This document shows, piece by piece, positions 50,326-62,470 of a stretch of DNA of 64,000 bases (position 1 is the stretch's first letter; each line of letters starts with the position of its first letter). A program made the translations under genes and the position numbers. Origin of the DNA: Mobula birostris (taxonomy: Eukaryota); NCBI RefSeq assembly GCF_030028105.1, contig NC_092391.1:51867223-51931222 (forward strand), written 5' to 3'. Under the pieces are notes generated by a model, which searched no databases, had not been told where the DNA came from, and saw only the letters and a list, made by a program, of their open reading frames with translations.

Positions 50326-51289
50326 TCACCTGTTTAAAAGTGTGTGCTAACCACTATGCTACCGTGCCACCTCAAATTCTGTTGCCAGCTGATTAACCTG
50401 CCCTGTACTTACACTTCCTAAAACCCTCAGGATTTTGAATAAAGTTTTTCAATCCTCATCCAATATTTTCTTGACGAAAGGGACGAACTCCTGCTTCTCC
50501 AGTCTCGACATATAACTGAAGGCCCTCTTCACAGTGCTCCAGCTGTGGTAAATCTAATGCTCAGTGAAGTGAATTCCTTGCCCTTGATGCATCATGGTGA
50601 GCTGAATGCCTGTATCTGTGTTACCTTATACATGTTTAAAATTATGACAGGCATGGATAGGTGAATGGTAATAGTCTTGATCTCCACAGGTGATGGACAT
50701 GCCAGCACTGTGACACGCTGCTAGTGTTATATTGAAGAGAGCAGCCCAAAAGGTCCAGCCTCAGCTTCACAGTTGTGTTGGATTAGGATCAGGATCATCA
50801 AACACTAACAGTACTAACACATTAAGACAAGACTCAGTCACCCACATGGACTGAAATTTTAAGCAACAACAGTATAGTAATGGAGTTGTGTGAAGCAGGG
50901 TCAGGAGTACCAGTCTAACACTTACCAGTGTTAAAATATCCTTATTCAAGTGATGGTGGATATAGGTTACTTGAACATTCAACAGTTTACTTTCATTAAA
51001 AAGCCTGCAGATTGCTATGGGTTTTTATATTTTTAGCTACACATCACTGCAAGCATCAACCATCAGGCTCTTGTACCAGTGAATAACTTCACTCACCCCA
51101 TCACTGAACTGTTCCCAAAACCTATGTACTCACTTTCAAAGACTCTTCATCACATGTTCTCAATATTTATTACTTATTTATTCTTATTTTTATTTTTTCT
51201 CAGGTCAAGATGATAAAATATGAATTTGAGGCACAGCCAAGCACACTCAATTCTCAATTGCTAGGAACTTGCGGACTACTCTAGTGGAT

Positions 51290-52670
51290 TTCTGGAGATT
51301 CAGGATGTTCTTCATCAATTACTGCTCAGCATCTGACACTATCATCCCCTCAAAACAAATCAGTAAACTTCAAGACCTGGGCTTCAATACCCCCTTGTGC
51401 AACTGGATCCTGGATTTCCTCACTTGTAGTTCAGATTAGCCAAAACATCCCCTCCACAATTTCCATCCGCACAGGAGCACCACAGGGATGTGTACTTAAC
51501 CCCTGCTCTACTCGCCTTACACTTATGACTGAGTGGCTAAGTACAACTCCAATACCATATACATGATTGCTGACAACACCACTGTTGAGGGCTATATCAA
51601 AGGGAGTGATGAATCAGCATACAGCAGGGAGATTGAAAACTTGGCTGAGTGGTGTAATAGCAACAACCTCTCACTCGATGTCAATAAGACCAAGGAACTG
51701 ATTGTGGACTTCAGGAGAGGGAAACCAGAGGTCCATGAGCCAGTAATCATCAGAGGTGGAGAGGGTCAGTAACTTTAAATTCCTGGATGTCCCTACCTCA
51801 GGGGACTTGTCATATAAATATTACTGCAAAGAGTGCCTCTGTTTCCTCCGAAGTCTGTGGAAGTTCGGCATGTCATCGAAAACCTTGACAAACTTCTATA
51901 GATGTGTGGTGGAAAGTGTGCTAACTTTCTGCAGCCTGGTACGGGAACACCAATGCCTTTTGAGCAGAAAATCCGACAAAAGGTAGTGGATTCGGCCCAG
52001 TGCATCACGGGTAAAGTCCTCCCAACCATTGACCACATCTACATGAAATGTTGCCACAGAAAAGCAGCATCCATCATCAAAGATCTTCACAACCTAGGTC
52101 ATACTCTTTTCTCCCTGCTGCCATCAGGTAGGAGGTACAGGTGCCTCAGGACTCACTATCAGGTACAAGAACAGTTACTACTCCTCAACCATCAGGCTCT
52201 TGAACCAAAGGGGATAATTTCACTAAACCTCAGTTGCCCCATCGTTGAGATGTTGCTACATCCTATGGACTCACTTTCAGGATTTTTTTTTTTGTTTAGT
52301 TATTTATTTTTAATACTTCTTTCATTTTGCATTTGCACTCTTGTTGAGTGCTGGTCTTTCATTGATTCTATTATGGTTATTATTCTACTATGGATTGAGT
52401 GTGTGCGCAAGAAAATGAATCGCAGGGTTGTATATGGTGACAAATAGCTACACCCATTTAAGGACTCTGTCATATTGTTACTTCATGCTTGTTATTTATT
52501 GTTTTTATTTATATCTGCATTTGCACAGTTTGTTTATAGTTAACAGTTCCTGATGTTTACATTTATTGTTCTATAGACTTGCTAAGTACGCGTGCAGAAA
52601 AAGAATCTCAGGGTTGTATGTGGTGATATATATGGACTCCGATAATAAATTTTACTTTGAACTTTGAAAT
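51290..52670 (+). mobile_element. Rex1/Babar LINE RT + C-terminus with two successive 3' UTRs
   Basis: TGAPQGCVL, ADNTT, NKTKELIVDFRR, LLPSGRRY; a 3' UTR-like block occurs at ~52270-52445 and again at ~52450-52670. Confidence 0.85.
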
Positions 52671-53772
52671 TTACATAAATATTGCTGGTTAATGCTACTG
52701 TGTAGCGACTTTGGGATAACACCAGTTGTAGATATTACTATTGGGACAATGTATCTCCTGTTCGTGTTCCATAGTCTTTCAATTTCCTCTTTTAATTCAG
52801 TATATTTCTAGTGTTTTTCACCAAAAACTATTCTGATATACGCTGTGTGCATTTGGAATGGCTATATCTATTAAGTAAACTGCTTTTGCTTGTTTATCCT
52901 AAAATATTATATCTGGCCAGTTGTTATGGATTGTCCTACCTGTAATAATGGATCAGTCATAATATGATGTGTGGGACTCTAAATTAAAACTGAATTAGGC
53001 TTGTATTTATAGTAAGGTTGGGTGTCCTTTATGAAACATAGAAAATCTACAGCACAGTACAGGCCCTCTGGTCCACAATGTTGTGCTGACCACGTAACCT
53101 ACTGTAGAAGCTGCCTAGAATTTCCCTCCCGCATAGCCCTCTACTTTTCTAAGCTCCATGTACCTATCTAAGATTAGTCTCTTAAAAGAGTTTGTATCTT
53201 AAAGCAAGAATTTGGTGAATGATGTCTGCCACTTGATTGTGCCTGTGTAAATAATCAGATTGAGTTCAGCTGCTGCAGGAGCCTATAACATGTTGGGATT
53301 GTTTCTGGTTTCTCTTGACATTTTCTGCATTTAATCTTGAATTTGTTGGTCCTTTATTTTGTATTTTTGATCATTTTTCTGTTAACCAACTGGTCCTGTG
53401 TTGTTTATTATTATTTTCTTTTTGTATTTCCAATCTGTTGTCTTTTGCACACTGGTTGTTTGCCCACCCTGTTGGGTGTGGTCTTTCATTGATTCATTTG
53501 TGGGGTTTTTTTTTGCATTTTAAATGCCTGTGAGAAAATGAATCTCAGGGTAGTATATGGTGACCTATATGTTTGTTCATAATAAATTTACTTCGAACCT
53601 TTGAACTTTGAAGTTCACTGATCACCAAAAACCAACTTATTATTGCCCCTTGTATAAAGCAATTGCTTTGATTTTTGTTTTTAAATGGAAATTGCTCATT
53701 CGTTGAAGCCAAATTCCAAACTTTCATCGATAACATTACTCTAGAGGCTCGGACAGTAATCCATTGTCTCAC

Positions 53773-53856
53773 CTGGATTGCCGGACCGAGTCACCTGGGT
53801 GTGATGTTCATTGCGTGAGTTAATAAAGGTAACACTGAACCTTTGAGTCACAGTAG
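53773..53856 (-). CDS. TCTN2: TCTN2 exon (~11): ATVTQRFSVTFINSRNEHHTQVTRSGNP
   Basis: ttccag|CT acceptor and G|gtgaga donor; 84 nt; tectonic motif TQRF.V.F...SGNPGY; follows a 115-nt intron. Confidence 0.92.
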
Positions 53857-53971
53857 CTGGAAAGTAAGATATATGGATTTAGATGGAGATCAATACATAC
53901 AAACTTCCAATGATACAGCTGTTCATAGACAGCAAGGCCAAAGGAGGTGAAGAGGTGGAGCACAGTCATAC

Positions 53972-54121
53972 CTGATGAATCTAAGGAAACATTTCCCAAT
54001 GTGACACATAAAGTGATATTAGATATCGCACTCCCATTCCAGTGGAAGACATAATCAGCCTGCAGAATCATATTTTCACACATTCCCTTCACAACTTTGG
54101 GCTCTGATACATTAACCAATC
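53972..54121 (-). CDS. TCTN2: TCTN2 exon (~10): GLVNVSEPKVVKGMCENMILQADYVFHWNGSAISNITLCVTLGNVSLDSS
   Basis: atgcag|GA acceptor and G|gtatga donor; 150 nt, phase 1 to 1; Y.F.WN...IS.I motif. Confidence 0.87.
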
Positions 54122-54169
54122 CTGCATAAAGAATAAACAAATAATATTAGAAAACAACTAGGCAACAAG

Positions 54170-54705
54170 ACAGGATAGTAAGGAAGCAAACAGCATGCTT
54201 ACCTTCATCAGTTGGAGCACTGAATATAAAAGTTGGGAAGTCATGTTGCAGCTATATAAAACTGGTTGCATTTGGATTATTTCATACAGTTCTGATCACC
54301 ACACCTTAGGAAGGTTTTGGAGATGGTGCAGTAAAGGTTCTCCAGGACACTGCCTGTACTTGGAGAATATTAGCCATAGGGAGAGGTTGAACAAACTTGG
54401 ACAGTCTTTTCTGGTGCATCAGAGGCTGACAGGATGAGCTGATGACAGTACATAAAATTATAGATAGTATAGAAAAGGCAGAGAGTCAATACTTTTTCCC
54501 CAAGATGGAAATGTCACTAGAGGGTATAGATTTACACTGAGTGGAGGGAAAGTTTAAAAGAGATTTGAGATGCAATAATTTTTTAGTACAGAGAGGAGAG
54601 TACCTGGAACACACAAGCAGAAGAGGTGATATGATGGCAACGTTTAATAGGCACGTGGGGATAGAGGGATATAGACCATGTACAGGACCAGTTGAGAATG
54701 GCATC
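54170..54705 (+). mobile_element. Old CR1 3' fragment
   Basis: EYKSWEVMLQLYK and GKFKRDLR remnants. Confidence 0.7.
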
Positions 54706-55874
54706 ATGGTTCAAAGTAAAATTTATTATCAGGGTATATACATGTCACCACATACAACCCTAAGATTTTTGTTCCTGTGGGCATACTTAGCAAATCTATA
54801 GGACATTCACTGTAAACAGGATCAATGAACAACAAACTGTGCAAATACAAATATAAATAAATAGCTATACATAACAAGATCATGAAATAACAAGATAAAG
54901 AATCCTTAAAGTGCGAAAATCAGCTGTGGGAACACCAGAAATAGAATCAGTTAGTTTTTCCCTTTTGTTCAAGAGCCTCGTCTGGCTCAGACACAGTGGG
55001 CCTGTTCCAGTACTGTTCCATGTCCTGGATCTAGTAGACCAGTAGTCCTCTACTGTGATGCGGACTTCAACAATTTCACTGTCCCCTATAAAATGACTCC
55101 AAGCCTAAGGGGAGGGTAGAACATTTGTGTACATGCTACTGAGAGTTCACACTTGGCAAATATACATAGTTTAATATACATTACTGCATTAACAGAAGCA
55201 GGCAACACAAGGTACATGTTGGGGGAATAGTGGCCAGACCACAGGAGGTGTTAGGCTGATTTGTCTTCCAATAATGGCAGTCAAGTTTAATCCTCCTGAG
55301 CTCCCGCTAAACCTGTGTCAGCCCTCTGTGACCACCACAGAATGAGAAAAGCACCACTGCAGACAGCAACGAAACTAATCCCAGTTATCAGGGAGAATGA
55401 CTGAAAGTAGTCTTCATAAGCTAGAGGCCTCAAAAGGAAATTCATAACTTTGCTTCTAGATGGAGTAGAGCAGTTTGGGAAACTGTCCAGAATTAGTCCT
55501 GGAGAGGAGAGATTCAGTTAACTCCTGTGAGGTGATGAAACAAGAGTTAGCAGGTAAGGACACTTTACCCTTTCAGGAAGAGAGTCCCAAAGCATCACGA
55601 TACTCAGGGAAAAGAAAATTATCCACAGTGTTCTTTAAATGGGCAACACCTCATGGATGTGGAAAGGTTCTTCCTCTTGTGAAGAGGTGGCTTCCTCTCC
55701 ACATCTACCCTAACAAAACCTATTGAGAGCTGAGGAATTCCTAATGTGAATTGCAGCACTAAAACAGACTGGCACTCCAGTTAAGAAATTAAAAATCACA
55801 GCCAATCTGAAATTTAAAATTATTTAAAGCATAGCAAAAACAAAAAAAGCACGTCATGTTACATTATTTCATAC

Positions 55875-55994
55875 CGAGAGATGTCGAGACGTTCTGCTGC
55901 TTGAGAAACGGGAACTCTGAAGCTGAAGAAGTTGCTGGAATGAAACTGCTGAGGTCTGTAGCACTCTGATAGGTTATAGCAGGCAGTATCATTG
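55875..55994 (-). CDS. TCTN2: TCTN2 exon (~9): TMILPAITYQSATDLSSFIPATSSASEFPFLKQQNVSTSL
   Basis: atgtag|CA acceptor and G|gtatga donor; 120 nt, phase 1 to 1; P.I.Y..ATDL..FI motif. Confidence 0.82.
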
Positions 55995-56344
55995 CTACAT
56001 GGAAGGAAAGACAATTCAATTATGGCAGCAACCTTTTCCTTTGAGGATTTACTTAATGTGTTCGAAACAAAGAAAGTTCCATAATTTAAATGTTAGTCCA
56101 CTTCACTTTACTACTTCAGTCCTTCCAATGAGCAAACTTTAAGTTTAAATATTAAAGCTTGTTCAAACAATTTTAGAAAAACGGACACACAGGATAGAAT
56201 AGAACTTTATTGTCATTGCTCAAGACAACATGACTGTGGTGCGACTCCAGTCCATGCAAAATAGATATTTACATTGTATGTGGTACGGCCTAATTTTTTT
56301 TAAATTCCCATATTTACATGCAACAAGTGAGTTATAATTCAAGT

Positions 56345-56744
56345 TTAAGACGGTAGTGAATATTCGTAGCTCATGTTAAGGTATTTGATATTGCCATGTT
56401 CGCCGAGCTTGACAAATGGTTTGCAGACGTTTCTTCACCAGTTGAAGGTGATGTCCTCAGTTGTTGGTGTTTCTCTCTGGGAGTGCTTGTGTTTATATTG
56501 GCCCCCATTCACTTGCCTAGGTCCTGATTAGCTATCCCTTCAGTTGACCTCTGTATTCTATTGGCTCATATTTCTTTGGAATTAGGAGTTTGTAGATGGC
56601 ATCTATTTCAATATGTTTGCTTACAGAGTTATCAGAAGAGAACCACGCTTCTAAAAATTCTCATGCCTGATTCACGTTTGCCTGCGCCAGAACCTCCACG
56701 GTGTACCAGTTAAAGCAGTGTCTTTCTCGGTCTTCATGTACCAA
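56345..56744 (-). mobile_element. Second Penelope-like lineage, 3' fragment (GIY-YIG C-terminus + hammerhead) with 13-bp TSD
   Basis: Minus translation HCFNWYTVEVLAQ...EFLEAWFS..SVSKHIEIDAIY; TTATAATTCAAGT at 56332-56344 and 56745-56757. Confidence 0.75.
56422..56466 (-). ncRNA. Degenerate hammerhead motif of the second PLE lineage
   Basis: CTGAGGA-caTCACCttcaactGGTGAa-GAAA-CG-TC-tgc: core intact, but stem I and the stem II closing pair are disrupted. Confidence 0.6.
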
Positions 56745-58132
56745 TTATAATTCAAGTACCCACCATAGGTGCTTTTTGTGGGGTCACCATTGACCAAACA
56801 ACTGGACCAGTTAGACGTATACAACAGCTACAAAAGTAGTTCAAAGGCTGGGCATCTTAATAAATAACTCACCTCCTGACCAAGGAGGAGGGTGGTGCAG
56901 TTGTTTCCATTTGCTTTGAGGAGTGAGGCTCCAAAAAACTAGGTAGTTCTCAGGTAGGGACATGTTCAGCACAGCTTTGTGGGCTGAAGGGCCAGTATTG
57001 TGCTGTATGTTTTCTATGTTTCTATGCTCAACACCATTCAGGACAAAATAGTTGGCTTGACTAGCATCCTGTAACCACCTCTGCAAACATTAGAGGTGCA
57101 ACACTTGCCCCCACGTCAGTTTTCTGAATGGACAATATAGATGCCATAGAAAACAACAAACTTCACAAAATATGCCACAAAATACTTGACCTACTAAGCT
57201 CCAGCAGATAACATTTAGTTCCAGATTCCAATAACTGCAGTGTCTTGTATCGGCACTTAAATATTCCTTTTCATTCATTTCCCACCCAAATGTGGTCACC
57301 ATGCTCACCATCTCAAAAACAGTTACTCACCTGCACTAACCTAACAGCACCAACCAGATTCGTGAGATTTTTAAATTAACTTTTCACCATCTGGACATTT
57401 CTGACAAGGCACCAGCAAGACAAGAACACTATTACTTGCTGGTTCCTCTCTCAGGTCACATACCACCCTGATTTTGAGAGAGGTCATTGTTTCCACTTGG
57501 GAAGGACCTCTCACTCAACACCACTGTGCAGGAGATTGGGGCTGAGAGGACAACACTTAACAGTACCAGCAACCAAGGTTCAATCCCTGCCACAGCCTGT
57601 ATTGAGTTTATACGATCCCCCCGTGACTGCATGGGTTTCCTCTGGGTGCTTCAGTTTCCTGCCACAGTCCAAAGACGTACTGTTCGGAGGGTTAATTGGT
57701 CATTGTAAATTGTCCTGTTATTAGGCTACAATTAAATCAGGAGATTGCTGGGCAGTACAGCTCGAAGGACCAGAAGGCCCTATTCTGCACTGTATCTCAA
57801 TAATAAAGTAAGAAGATATATACTGTATGTACTTGGATAATAAATTTATTTTGAACTTTTAACCTCAGAGTGAGGTACAACAGAATGAGGCCATCATCCT
57901 CCTTGTGGCAGTTCTTTCAAAGTGCTGTATTGTTAGTCTTGTTCTCCTGCCTTTTCCCACAGCCCCATGGATGTTTCTCCCTTCAAATGCTTAGCCACAT
58001 TGTTTCTCAGAGTCCCCACTTCACCTGTTCCTGCCAGGCAGAACATGACAAGTCACAGCAGCTCATTTGAACAATCTGGTTCCATTGCCCACCAGCAACC
58101 TTTCAACCAGCTGGAATTCTCTCACTTTACAC

Positions 58133-58210
58133 CAAGGCTTCTCACCTGGGTCCACGGACCCCTCGCTTAATGGTAGGGATCCATGGCACAAACAAGGTTG
58201 GGAACCCCTG
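58133..58210 (+). mobile_element. ~80-bp hAT-type MITE, copy 4
   Basis: 8-bp TSD CTTTACAC/TTTTACAC; 60 bp from a TCTN2 donor site. Confidence 0.8.
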
Positions 58211-58270
58211 TTTTACACTGAAAATTTTCTAATCAAATTGTGCCACTTCTCCAATCATGCTGGTACTTAC

Positions 58271-58412
58271 TTCCCTGGCCATTCTGGATCGGTTCACCAA
58301 CTCCAATGGTATCTGTACAGGCTTCAGCTGTTAGTGGAGTTACACAGCATGCCTCAAAGTCTTTCAAGTAAACCACAGGGGCGTTCCTCAAGCATTGGCC
58401 ATTCAAGGATTT
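58271..58412 (-). CDS. TCTN2: Tectonic-2 internal exon (~human exon 8): KSLNGQCLRNAPVVYLKDFEACCVTPLTAEACTDTIGVGEPIQNGQG
   Basis: cgtag|AAA acceptor and A|gtaagt donor; 142 nt, phase 0 to 1; matches human SLAGQCMQNAPVAFL (from memory). Upstream exons were not found in the window. Confidence 0.88.
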
Positions 58413-60509
58413 CTACGTGTGGACATACAAAATTAAACAGATGAAGGAGCTTTCCTCCTCTCCAAGGTGTAAATGAGCATTTCACAAAACTTCATTTCCC
58501 AATTACTTGTGTAACTTTCCCTCTGACTTCTTAACCACTGACGATGCATGGATATGTACAATTCCAGTGATGCAGAGAGCCACAAATGCAGGTTTTGCCA
58601 GCTGCAGCAACGAAGAGTCCAGGTCCCAGAAACAGAGATGTGCTGATGGCTGAGGACATTGTGGGTAACACATTCAGAAGACAGTCGCTCTGCAGCTTAC
58701 GAATGTGCAATGAGAAGGATGGCTATGAGGTAGACCTACCTAAACACACCCCCAAGTGCACCGTCCTCACCAAAACAAAAATTCTCTAGATGACAGAGAT
58801 GTTTCATCAGGAGACTGAAGCCATAGCCAGGAGGAGGCATCTCAAAGAGTTCAGCTACAGAGCAGAGGTAGAGAGGGCAAACAAGAGAGAAAAGAATGAA
58901 GGGGTGAAGGGTTCAAAGAAGGAAAGGAGTGAAAGAGAAAGAAGGAAAGAGAATGATTGGGGATTCAACTGTAAGGAGACATCACTCCAGGATGGTTCAG
59001 TACTTTCCTGGTGACACAGTTGAAGGTGGCACTGATGCACAACACCCCAAGGTGACATGGAGATGGACCAGAGGTTGTGGTGCATGCTGGGTCCAGAAAT
59101 GTAGGTAGGAAGAGGGACGAGGTCCTGTCTGTGAACCTGAGGGAGCTCAGAGGAAAAAAAATTAAGATGATCTCAAAAGGAAGCCATCTCAGTATCACCT
59201 CCAAAGCCAACTATTAACAATACAGATGTAGGAGGGCAATGAACGTGAATGTGTGGTGGGAAGGACGATAGAGGACCTTTATCTGAGGCAGGCGGCACCC
59301 GTACAAAACAAACAGATTATGCCTCAACAGGACCAAGACAGACCAAGACCAACCAACATCTTTACAGGGTTTATGTACAAATCTAAGTGGTGCATGCAAG
59401 CTCTATTTCAACATTGAAAAGAAATTTGGATAGGTAAGTGGATGGTAGGGGTATGGCGGGCTATGGTCCCAATGCAGGTCAATTGGAGTAGGCAGTTTGG
59501 CACTGACTAGATGGACTGAAAACCTTTTTTCTGTGCTGTACTTTTCTGTGACTCTAACTGTAAGGGCTATCACAAAGAGAGTAAAAATCAGGTTTATTAG
59601 CACTGACATATGTTGCAAAATACGGAAAAGAGTTTAGCCCGGTAGATCACAGCACAGAATTAAAATTAATCCGAGTGGATCTAAGAACTGGCAGAAGACA
59701 GAAAACGTTGGTGGGAGCTGTAAACATATCTCCAAATACCTCATGGTATAAGTGAGGAAACTGGAAGTGAATGAAGGAAGGGTACCACAATAACTGTGGG
59801 AGGTTAGTGCTAACAACAGGAAAGATAAATGTTTGGAGAATACAGTACTGTGCAAAAGAACTTGGCACATAAATATAGCTAGAGTGCCTGAGACTTTTGC
59901 ACACTATTGTGGTAATTTTAAGTATTGCACTGTACTACTGTCACAAAAAAAAACAAATTCTATGGCACATGTGAGTGATGGTAAATCTGATTCTGATACG
60001 GGTCACTATTATGGACCTAGAGTGGGAAGGGGGCCTGACAAGGGGAATCATAGTTGGGGAAAAAGGGAAGGGAGAAGGCAGGAAGGGTGAAGCACCAAAG
60101 AGACATTCTGTAATGATCAATAAACCAATTGTTTTGAATGAAATGACCTTGCCTGATGTCTCAGGGCTGAGTGTGACACACACATACATACATACACACA
60201 TACCCCTTAAGACAAGGAACAGGATTCGGCCATTGGGGGTAAAAGGAGGGGCACAGTACGCAGCCCGGAGGGGCACAGTACGCAGCCTGGAGGGGCTCCT
60301 GTATTGAGAGCCAGAGGGTTGGAGGTGAGGGAGCTCACTCTTACAACCTACTGGCGATCTGACAGGAAGCCCAGGATCCACCTGCACAAGGCAGGGTGAA
60401 GGCCAAGGTCTCTGAGCTTCTTGTCGAGCCTGGATGGAACTATGGTGTTGAATGCTGAACTGTAGTCCAAGAACAGCATTCTCACATAAGCTTCTCCTTC
60501 TCAAAATTC

Positions 60510-62175
60510 AGACTGAATTCGATCATATTTTGATCACTTTCCAAAGAGTTTCTTTACTTTAAGCTCTCTAATCAATTCTGATTCATTGCACAACCCCAAT
60601 CCAGAATAGCTGATCCCCTAACGAGCTCAACCATGATCTGCTCTAAAAAGCCATCTCATAGGCACTCTAGAAAATCCCCCTCTTGGAATTCAGCACCAAC
60701 CTCATTTTCCCAATCTACCTGCATACTGAAATCCTCCATGACTATTGTACCATTGTTCTTTTGGCATGCATTTTCTATCTTGCGTTGTAATTTGTAGACT
60801 GTTTGGGGGGTCTATATACAACTCCCATCAGGGTCTTTTCACTCTTTAGCTCTATCCACAACGATTCAACACCTTCCGGACCTATGTCATCTCTTTCTAA
60901 TAATTTGATTTCCTTTTTTTTTTAAACCAGCAGAGCAACGCCATCCCCTCTGTCTTCCTGCCTGTCCTTTCAATACAATGTGTATCCTTGGACATTAAGG
61001 TCCCAGCTATAGTCTTCTTTCAGCCATGATTCAGTGATGCCTGTAACATCATACTATACCTGCCAATCTGTAACTACGCTACAAGTTCATCAACCTTATT
61101 CCATATACTGCGCATATTTAAATATAAAACATTCAGTCCTGTATTCACCCCTTTCAACTTTGTCCACTTTTTACATTGCAACTCATCCCGTTGACTGCAA
61201 TTTTGCTTTATCATCAGCTTCTTCTTGCTAGCAGCCTCACTACACATTGTTTATAAACCAACTACTTATTCTTCTGCACCATCACTGTGATTTCCAACCC
61301 CCTGCCAAACTAGTTTAAACTCACCTGAACAACTCTAGGCAACCTGCCTGCAAGGATATTAGACCTTCAGCTTCAGGTGTAACCCATCCCTTTTGTACAG
61401 GTCATATCTTCCCCAGAAGAGATCTCAATGATCCCTAAATCTGAACCCGTTCCCTGCACCAGTTCCTCAACCATGCATTCACCTGCCAAATCATTCTGTT
61501 CTTACCCTCACAGGCAGCATTCCAGAGATAACTACCCTGGAGGTCCTGTTTCTCAGCGTTCTAACTAGCTCCCTAAAATTTATCTTCAGGACCTCCTCAG
61601 CTTGTCTACCAATGTCATTGGTGCCAATATGTACCAAGACTTCTGGCTGCTCACCTTCGCCCTTGAGAATGTCATGGACCCGATCCTGGCACCAGAGAGG
61701 CAACATACCATTGGATGTTTCTACTGCAACCACAGAACCTCGTCTCTGTTCCTCTGACAAAGCCTACAGTTCAAATACTTTTACTTTATACTTTATTGTC
61801 GCCAAACAATTGATACTAGAGCATACAATTATCACAGCGATATTTGATTCTATTTTTGGTTCTGTTCAGTTCTCTGTTCTACTGAGCCACAGCATCAGAC
61901 TCAGTGCCAGGGACCTGGTCATTGTGGCTCCATTCTAGTAGGTCATCCCCCTCAATAATATCTAAAATTGTATACTTACTATTGAGAGGAACAGCCACAG
62001 GTGTACTCTGCTCTGCCTGTGCATTTCCCCTCCTCTTCCTCCTGACAGTCAGCCAGTTACCTGTCAGGCAACCTCAGGGTGACTACTTCCCTGCAGCTCC
62101 TGTCTATCATCTCCTCATTCTCCAGTACAAGTCGAAGGTCATCGAGCTGCAGCTCCAGTTTCTTAATACATTGCA
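60510..62175 (-). mobile_element. CR1 5' region (ORF1 SGNH esterase and endonuclease remnant) with a small insert at ~61765-61850
   Basis: Minus ORF EQPEVLVHIGTNDIG...RTSRVVISGMLPV; degraded endonuclease-like sequence at ~60510-61100. Confidence 0.75.
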
Positions 62176-62254
62176 GATGTACATATGTGGGAGACAGCAA
62201 TGAAAGTTCAAAACACTGCCACTAGGACCAAACCTACTATGCCCGAACAGATAA

Positions 62255-62470
62255 TGACAGGGGAAGGGGAGGAGGGAGAGATAGGGTGGGGGGGATGGGG
62301 GGGAACAGAGAAACACACACAGGCAGAGCAGGAGACAGAGGGGCAGAGACAGCAAGCGAGACAGACAGCGACAAGGACAGAGAGTCAGAGAGAAAGACAG
62401 AGAGAGAGAGAGGGGGGGAGGGGGAGGGGGAGGGAGGGAGAGACAGCAAGCAAGTCAGAAAGGGAGATAA
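62255..62470. repeat. GA/G-rich low-complexity tract
   Basis: (GA)n, GACA repeats and G-runs (GGGGGGGAGGGGAGGGGGAGGGAGGG). Confidence 0.8.

Noticed and set aside
50926-51004. Possible 79-nt cassette exon on minus (cag|GCTTTT...CTG|gtaagt)
   Set aside because: No polypyrimidine tract, it would introduce a stop between SGNP and GY, and it has no tectonic similarity.
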